The translations under genes and the position numbers were made by a program. The notes beneath the pieces are model-generated. The model was not told where the DNA came from and ran no database searches. It worked only from the letters and a program-made list of their open reading frames with translations. Shown here one piece after another: positions 43,722 through 48,712 of a stretch of DNA of 48,712 nt (position 1 is its first letter; every line of letters begins with the position of its first letter). The stretch comes from Thermoleophilaceae bacterium (lineage in GTDB: Bacteria > Actinomycetota > Thermoleophilia > Solirubrobacterales > Thermoleophilaceae), in NCBI GenBank assembly GCA_034664185.1, contig JAXDIC010000020.1, positions 1-48,712 on the forward strand. The letters are read 5' to 3'.

Positions 43722-44599
43722 GCGACGGCGACCGCCGGCCGCGTCTGGTCAGCGTCGTGGTGCCGGTGCGGGACGAGCGCCGGCACCTGCGCGAGCAGCT
43801 CGACGCGGTCGCCGCGCAGGACTATCCGGGCGACTGGGAGCTGGTCGTGTCCGACGACGGCTCGCGCGACGGCAGCGCCGAGCTGGCGTCGGCGTGGACG
43901 CGCGAGCGGGCGCTTGGCCGGGTCGTGGCGCGATCCCCGGGTCGCGGGCCGGGAGCCGCGCGGAACGTGGGCGCGCGCGAGGCGAGTGGTGACCTGCTCG
44001 CCTTCTGCGACGCCGACGACGTGGTCTGCACGGACTGGCTGCGCGCGCTGGTCGCGGCCGCCGCCGGCGCCGACCTCGTTGGCGGGGGCGAGGAGGCCGC
44101 GCGCCTCAACGACGAGCGGTCGCGGGAGTGCTTCGGTGTCCACGACCCCACGGCGCCCTTCCACGACTACCTCCCCCGCGCGTCGGGGTCCAACTTCGGG
44201 ATCTGGCGCGACGTGTTCGACGCTCTCGGCGGCTTCGACGAGGGCAGCCTCACCGGCGAGGACGTCGCGCTCACGTGGCGGGCACATCAGGCCGGCTACC
44301 GCTACGCGGCCGCGCCCGAGGCGGTGGTGCACAAGCGATTCGCCACCGGCCTGCTCGATACCGCGCTGCAGTACTTCGCCTACGGCCAGGGCGATGCCTG
44401 GCTGTTCAGACGCTTCAGGGCGGACGGGATGGCGCGCCGTAGCCGGCGGGATACATACGTTCTGTACCGCCATCTGGTGGGCCGCTCCACGGTCCTCTTC
44501 CGAGGTCCGCCGGTGGACCGCTGCCGCTGGGTCGCGCTCGCTGCCGTGAGCAGCGGGCGCCTGGTCGGGAGCGCCAGGTACCGGGTTCTGTTTCCCTGA
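43718..44599 (+). CDS. GT2-family glycosyltransferase
   Basis: GTGA overlap at 43718-43721. VSVVVPVRDERRHLREQLDAVAAQ, VVSDDGSRDGS, FCDADD and GEDVALTWR fit GT2. Confidence 0.85.
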   Translation: MSDGDRRPRLVSVVVPVRDERRHLREQLDAVAAQDYPGDWELVVSDDGSRDGSAELASAWTRERALGRVVARSPGRGPGAARNVGAREASGDLLAFCDADDVVCTDWLRALVAAAAGADLVGGGEEAARLNDERSRECFGVHDPTAPFHDYLPRASGSNFGIWRDVFDALGGFDEGSLTGEDVALTWRAHQAGYRYAAAPEAVVHKRFATGLLDTALQYFAYGQGDAWLFRRFRADGMARRSRRDTYVLYRHLVGRSTVLFRGPPVDRCRWVALAAVSSGRLVGSARYRVLFP

Positions 44600-44603
44600 C
44601 ACG

Positions 44604-44621
44604 AACCCCCGTTTGGGGGTT
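44604..44621 (+). terminator. Hairpin AACCCCC-gttt-GGGGGTT directly after the last glycan-locus gene
   Basis: A 7-bp stem with a 4-nt loop begins 5 nt after the TGA at 44597-44599. Only a short TT tail follows. Confidence 0.45.
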
Positions 44622-44655
44622 GACTACATACGCACCGGTGAAGGAGGGTGGAGCC

Positions 44656-45405
44656 GTGCGGAAGGCCCTCCTTCTAACCCTGGCCCTCATCTGCTCCCTC
44701 GTGATGGCCGCGTCTGCGGCTGGGGCGCAGTACCAGCGCGGTTCCGCGTCCGCGTATTGGTCGATGCCCGGCGCGTTCTTCACCAACTGGGAGCAGGACA
44801 TCGTCGTGACCAACTGGAACGTCGACACGTTCTGGAACATCCAGTGGACGAAGATCTACGGCCCTACGGGCTACCTGGGGATCCAGACGCCCGGGGGGGT
44901 CAACACCTACCACTTCTCGATGTTCGGGGCGACCGGCTTCAGCGCGCCCTCCGGCACGACGTGCACGCACACGACCGAGGGGGGCGGCGCCTTCCAGTGC
45001 CAGACGCCGGTAGGCACCGGGATCACCAACCGGCACGTCCGGATGAAGCTGATCAAGTCCAACCGGACCGACGACACCAACCGCTGGTGGTCAGCGTGGG
45101 CGTCGATCGACGGGGGCGCCGACCGCTACCTGGGCCAGCTCCAAGCACCGGGCCAGGGCTGGATCCAGACCGCATTCAACTTCCACGAGTACTTCGGCCA
45201 GGGGAACGGCTGGAACGGATCCACCTGCGTGGGACCCGGGCCGCCGCGCAGCTCCGCCGTCTTCGGAGCCCCGACGGTGTCGTCTCCGACCATGTCCCCG
45301 CGCACGCTGGCGCGCTCGGGAACCGGGCTGAACACCTGCCCCGGCGCGAAGGGGCAGGCCATCCCGTTCTACGACGGCGTCTTTACGAACCTCGGCGATT
45401 ACTGA
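44656..45405 (+). CDS. Secreted Trp/Gly-rich protein of unknown function (track start TTG 44620; GTG 44656 preferred)
   Basis: AAGGAGG precedes GTG 44656 by 8 nt. The signal peptide is VRKALLLTLALICSLVMAASAAGA. The mature part is beta-rich and aromatic (WNVDTFWNIQWTKIYGPTGYLGIQ...FSMFG). It loosely recalls DUF3472-type domains, from memory only. Confidence 0.55.
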   Translation: MRKALLLTLALICSLVMAASAAGAQYQRGSASAYWSMPGAFFTNWEQDIVVTNWNVDTFWNIQWTKIYGPTGYLGIQTPGGVNTYHFSMFGATGFSAPSGTTCTHTTEGGGAFQCQTPVGTGITNRHVRMKLIKSNRTDDTNRWWSAWASIDGGADRYLGQLQAPGQGWIQTAFNFHEYFGQGNGWNGSTCVGPGPPRSSAVFGAPTVSSPTMSPRTLARSGTGLNTCPGAKGQAIPFYDGVFTNLGDY

Positions 45406-46150
45406 GGCCGGCAGCGCGCAGCGCGGTCCGCCAGGTCCCGCATCTATTGATCACCGTCGTAAAGCTCGGAACGCCATCTCGGGCCTTCGCCCAAGCGTCG
45501 TACTCGCGGATCGTGGGCTCCTTCCCGACATGGGAGGCGGCCCGCGCGACCGCGGTCACGCAGTCCTCCCTCGAGTACCGGTGACCTCCACGCCGGTGCC
45601 AGTCGGCTGCCGGGAGTACCGCGGCGCTGATCGCTTCCGGCCATGAACCGAAGCGGAGGTAGTAGGTCTGAGGCATCGGCCAGCTCCGCCGGCGCCTGAC
45701 GCTGCTCCGCGCTATCCGCTCGTAGGCGGCGATCGTGAGCGGGCCTCCGTGCGCCTTGGCCGCCTCCCTCAAGCGCGTGAGCAGCTCTTCGTATGAGTAT
45801 CGATATCGGGGACGCCGATGCCGTCGGCGGATCAAGTCCTCGCGATGGACGATCTCGCTGACCACGGTCAACGGGATCGCGAGCTCCTTCTTCACGGCGG
45901 CCATGCTCCCGAGCCGCTCGTACGCCGCAGCGATCTCGCTGGCGCGGCTCAGCTGGGCATCGCGGCGCGGCACCCACATCTCACGGCGATCCCGGGTCGG
46001 CAGGCCTGCGGCAGCGAAGATCTGACGCACCCGCTCGCCCGTCAGCCCGAATTGCCTCCCGACGTCCTGAAGCGTCGCGCCCTGCGCGTACAGCGCGTGC
46101 ATCTGTCGTTTCTCGTCGGGCGCGCGCCTGTTCTCGCGCTCTGCGGCCAC
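45383..46150 (-). CDS. Sigma-70 region-4-like HTH protein with two homing-endonuclease-associated repeats
   Basis: 255 aa. ATLQDVGRQFGLTGERVRQIF is a region-4-type HTH. Two repeats follow: YSYEELLTRLREAAKAHGGPLTIAAYE...YYLRFGSWPEAI, and YSREDCVTAVARAASHVGKEPTIREYDAWA...VINRCGTWRTALRAAGL. Both match the pattern of homing endonuclease associated repeats. Confidence 0.65.
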   Translation of the reverse strand: MAAERENRRAPDEKRQMHALYAQGATLQDVGRQFGLTGERVRQIFAAAGLPTRDRREMWVPRRDAQLSRASEIAAAYERLGSMAAVKKELAIPLTVVSEIVHREDLIRRRHRRPRYRYSYEELLTRLREAAKAHGGPLTIAAYERIARSSVRRRRSWPMPQTYYLRFGSWPEAISAAVLPAADWHRRGGHRYSREDCVTAVARAASHVGKEPTIREYDAWAKARDGVPSFTTVINRCGTWRTALRAAGLSNRRGS

Positions 46151-46211
46151 GCTCCCGCGGGCGTGGCTCGCGCTCGCGCTGCCGGGGAGAGCGTCCCGCG
46201 GGCCTCGTCCG

Positions 46212-46313
46212 CAGACCAGCTCGGCCGAACAGCTGGGACACTCGCGCTGCCGAGACGCCGAAGCGCTCCCCTACCTCGGCCAGGGTCGCGCCCTCGCTTC
46301 GGACGACACGACC
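46212..46313 (-). pseudogene. Out-of-frame relic of a second copy of the region-4-like HTH
   Basis: This frame reads GRVVRSEGATLAEVGERFGVSAARVSQLFGRAGL, parallel to YAQGATLQDVGRQFGLTGERVRQIFAAAGL in the downstream gene. It is bounded 5' by an in-frame TAG (46316-46314). The only in-frame start (GTG 46241) falls inside the recognition helix. Confidence 0.5.
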
Positions 46314-46531
46314 CTACATTCGCCACTCAGAGTCGGTGAGTACGACGGACGAAGTGGACCGAACTACGGGGGCCGGACATAGCGAAGCGGCGTCTGCGCG
46401 TGGCGCATGAGGCGAACGCGCGCAGATGACCAAAGTGACCTCCCGGTAGGGTCGCCGAGCTGTCAACGCCGCCGATCAAGTTCCGGTCCTGGAATACCCT
46501 GCATCGCCGACGTCCTGGTCCTGATCAATGC

Positions 46532-46798
46532 TCAGTCCAAGTGAGGGAACGGAAGTGGCTGCACGAGCTCCGGCCAGGTGTTCCAAGCTGTCGACAAGAA
46601 CACCTTGCGCTTGAGCACGTCCGTCAGGGCCCGCACGACCCTTGCTTCCGGAAGTTTCGCCGCGATCTCCGGAGTTACGGCGAACATGATCTCGTCTTCG
46701 CCCGATTTCAGAAAGACGAACACCCCGTCAGTGACGCCGAACGCACGGAAGACTGCCGCGGCGAGGCTCAGGGTTTCTTCTTCGTGTGGCGAACTCAC
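46532..46798 (-). CDS. Hypothetical small protein (88 aa), no family recognised
   Basis: GTG start. Third codon positions are mostly G/C although local GC is lower. The translation is non-repetitive (…FAVTPEIAAKLPEARVVRALTDVLKRKVFL…). An imperfect palindrome, GGAGGTGACCACCTTC (46810-46825), lies just upstream. Confidence 0.4.
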   Translation of the reverse strand: MSSPHEEETLSLAAAVFRAFGVTDGVFVFLKSGEDEIMFAVTPEIAAKLPEARVVRALTDVLKRKVFLSTAWNTWPELVQPLPFPHLD

Positions 46799-46875
46799 GG
46801 TGCTAATACGGAGGTGACCACCTTCTTAATCAAAGCGCGGTTATTTCGCATCCTCGGTCCGTTGACACCTCGATT

Positions 46876-46898
46876 AGACCCCCCGAATCGGGGGGTCT
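46876..46898. other. Near-perfect hairpin AGACCCCCC-gaatc-GGGGGGTCT flanked by two TTGACA hexamers
   Basis: Full palindrome of 11+1+11 nt, which folds as a 9-bp stem with a 5-nt loop. TTGACA hexamers sit at 46862-46867 and 46898-46903. The site is intergenic and in lower-GC sequence. Confidence 0.5.
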
Positions 46899-47066
46899 TG
46901 ACAGACAGTTTTCCCCCCTGGTAAGGCCGGCCTCGCTAGGCAGGGTGTGCGTCTGACTCAACTCGAGATAGGTGTGAACCGACATCCCGGAGAATTCAGG
47001 TCGAGTGGCGGCACGTCGAGGGTGGAATGTGAAATGCCGACCCGTAAAGCCTGTCGATCAAACAGG

Positions 47067-47279
47067 CTAGTCGTACGAGTCGTCCAGGTGCCGGTAGCGA
47101 GGATCCTTACCGCCCACCTCGCGCCCGTTGACCCACGCTCGCCCGACGCTCGGGCGCGGCCCAAAACGCCGCGGGGCTGCGATGATCCGCCCTGCGCGCA
47201 CGTTGTCTCCGAACCGGTACACCCCGGTCCGTCGTCGTATCGACTCGGTGGTGGACGCTCGCCGGTCGTGAATCGTCAT
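47067..47279 (-). CDS. Possible small ORF (70 aa) downstream of the phosphoesterase gene; function unknown
   Basis: The ATG is at 47279-47277. Third positions are about 80 percent G/C by my count, which suggests coding. No motif was recognised and the Shine-Dalgarno sequence is weak. Confidence 0.25.
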   Translation of the reverse strand: MTIHDRRASTTESIRRRTGVYRFGDNVRAGRIIAAPRRFGPRPSVGRAWVNGREVGGKDPRYRHLDDSYD

Positions 47280-47316
47280 GGCCCTCAGACCTTCCGGTCC
47301 CTCTAAGTGGGCGCGC

Positions 47317-47336
47317 GAGAGGAAAGAGAGAAAGAG
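47317..47336. repeat. 20-nt all-purine tract GAGAGGAAAGAGAGAAAGAG
   Basis: Read directly from the plus strand. Such a tract is unusual in this GC-rich, mixed-composition DNA. Confidence 0.7.
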
Positions 47337-47413
47337 TCCTGACGAGCGATTCGGCTGTCTGCACGCTACCACCACCGCGTTGACCGCAGGCTGCGTGCGG
47401 CATAGGCGCCGTC

Positions 47414-48712
47414 CTACGGCTCGGACCCACCTCCCGGCCCTACCGGAGGCGGCTTCGACCTCGGCCCATGCACCGACGCCCACACCACGCGATCCAGTAG
47501 CCGGTTCGGGATGCGATCAGCGATGCTCGTGTCGTAGCGGTTCCCCTGACGCGCGACCGCGGACGTGGCGCTCTTGGGATTCTCCTCGAGCAGCGGGTAG
47601 CTGGCCGGCAGTGCGCTGAAGGGTTCGGAGTTCGAGGGAGTCGAGCCGAACGCGTCGTACATCGGCGTGGCCTGGGTGTCGAACAGGTTGAGCGGCCGCA
47701 GCCCCAGGATCAGCTCGATCGAGCGGACGACCGAGGGGAAGTCGTAGCGGGTGTGGAGAACGGTCCCGCGCTTGGCGTAGGGGCTGATGACCAATGCCGG
47801 TATCCGGTGCGCGTCCTGATGGTCCATGCCGTCCTGCGAGTCGTCCTCGACCACGAAGATCGCGGAGTCCTTCCAGTACTTCGAGTGTGAGATCAGGTCC
47901 ACCACCTGACCCAGCGCCCGGTCGTTGTCGGCCAGCATCGCGCGCGGCGAATGGTGGTTGGGCGACGCGCCGTTCGTGTGGTCGTTCGGCAGCGTCATGT
48001 ACACGAGGCTCGGCAGCGAATTGGCGGCCGACCACTGCTGGAACTTCGCGTTGAAGCAGTCGAAGCGCGACAGCGACGGCTCCGGCGCGCCGATCGGCTT
48101 CGACGAGTCGTAGAGGCGGGTGGGCACGTGGCCCGCGCTGGCGATGTCGTCACTCCCGATGAACGGGTCGTAGCAGCCGCCGGGCGTCAGGGCGCCTAGG
48201 TCCGACTTCGAGTAGCGGCGCTGCACCCCGGCCTGGTCCGCCTGCGACCGGTCCTTGTCCCCCGGCAGGATGTTCAGGTGGATGACGCCCTCGCCCAGGT
48301 TGGCCCAGCTCACGCCCTGCTCGTCCGCTCGGTCGACGATGAACCCCGTCTGGGGATAGGCGATCTGGTAGAACCAGGCGTCGGTCGGGTAGCCGCGGCC
48401 CGCGTAGTTCTGCCGCCACGTCTTGTCCACGTAGTCCGAGGTCGTTGACGCGGCCGTCCAGTAGTGACCGTCGATCGACGCCTCCGCGTTGGCGTAGAAG
48501 CGGTCCATCAGCGGGAAGCGCTGGACCAGCGCGTGCGCGTTAGGCGTCACCGACTTGCCGAAGATCGAGTAGCGCGGGTCGCCGTCTCCGCGCGGGTCGT
48601 CGCCGAGGACCTGGTCGTAGGTGCGGTTCTCGCGCACGATGTAGAACACGTGCTTAATCGGGCCGTTCGGACGCAGCGGCGTGTCCAGCGGCGGCGGCTG
48701 GGAGTTGATCGG
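47414..48712 (-). CDS. Phosphoesterase-family protein (phospholipase C / AcpA acid phosphatase family); 5' end beyond the window
   Basis: The frame is open to the window edge (…PNGPIKHVFYIVRENRTYDQVLG), so the track start at 48649 is internal. ENRTYD and VVEDDSQDGMDHQDAHRIPALVISPYAKRG match PF04185-type motifs. Confidence 0.8.
   Translation of the reverse strand, partial: PINSQPPPLDTPLRPNGPIKHVFYIVRENRTYDQVLGDDPRGDGDPRYSIFGKSVTPNAHALVQRFPLMDRFYANAEASIDGHYWTAASTTSDYVDKTWRQNYAGRGYPTDAWFYQIAYPQTGFIVDRADEQGVSWANLGEGVIHLNILPGDKDRSQADQAGVQRRYSKSDLGALTPGGCYDPFIGSDDIASAGHVPTRLYDSSKPIGAPEPSLSRFDCFNAKFQQWSAANSLPSLVYMTLPNDHTNGASPNHHSPRAMLADNDRALGQVVDLISHSKYWKDSAIFVVEDDSQDGMDHQDAHRIPALVISPYAKRGTVLHTRYDFPSVVRSIELILGLRPLNLFDTQATPMYDAFGSTPSNSEPFSALPASYPLLEENPKSATSAVARQGNRYDTSIADRIPNRLLDRVVWASVHGPRSKPPPVGPGGGSEP

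Noticed and set aside
46042-46326. 94-aa minus-strand ORF upstream of the HTH gene, and the plus-strand ORFs 45818..46339 and 46947..47306
   Set aside because: The translations are Arg/Ser/Pro-rich with no motif. They overlap the better-supported HTH gene and relic frames or the structured intergenic DNA.
46800-47413. tRNA, 6C RNA or another known ncRNA in the lower-GC intergenic stretch
   Set aside because: I found no T-loop (GGTTCGAATCC-like) or cloverleaf. The C-runs lie in a stem rather than in loops as in 6C RNA. I could not match any Rfam family from memory. The hairpins are reported only as structures.
45383-47413. Insertion sequence, transposon or prophage
   Set aside because: I recognised no transposase, integrase or recombinase ORF, no terminal inverted repeats and no flanking direct repeats. 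Only the compositional shift and the homing-endonuclease-associated repeats hint at a mobile origin.

Overview
Very GC-rich bacterial DNA: I counted 43/60 G+C at 30001-30060. Codon usage and gene families look Actinomycetota-like, but that is inference only. Most long ORFs in the six-frame track are antisense or off-frame shadows, and I called genes by recognisable protein motifs. Left edge: a zur-znuA zinc module with a Zur-box-like palindrome. Bases 1220-5732 (minus strand) hold a tightly coupled operon of a ThiF/E1-like adenylyltransferase, a GNAT, a GT1 glycosyltransferase and two ABC-2 permeases, with no ATPase and no obvious substrate gene. Next come lysA and a divergent cysteine-synthase/CBS-fold gene coupled to a second GNAT. 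Bases 9021-44599 are one large, mosaic cell-surface glycan locus. It has about 10 glycosyltransferases, two SDR epimerases, and sulfo-, methyl-, acetyl- (x2) and amido-transferases, plus an AlkP-superfamily enzyme. It also has two Wzx-like flippases, Wzy-like and Wzz-like proteins, and an ABC exporter. Unusual architectures stand out: a WecA-like / O-antigen-ligase-like / TPR fusion of 1017 aa, an NBD-TMD fused Wzt/Wzm-type exporter, a polytopic membrane protein with a PA14-like insert, and a secreted Gly/His-repeat protein. Right edge (45.4-47.4 kb) is a gene-poor patch of lower GC (30/60 at 46801-46860). It holds an HTH / homing-endonuclease-associated-repeat protein, an out-of-frame relic of its HTH, small ORFs and hairpins, then a truncated phosphoesterase gene. 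I saw no tRNA, rRNA, CRISPR array or transposase. Start codons are provisional because many genes appear to use GTG/TTG and 4-nt start/stop overlaps.
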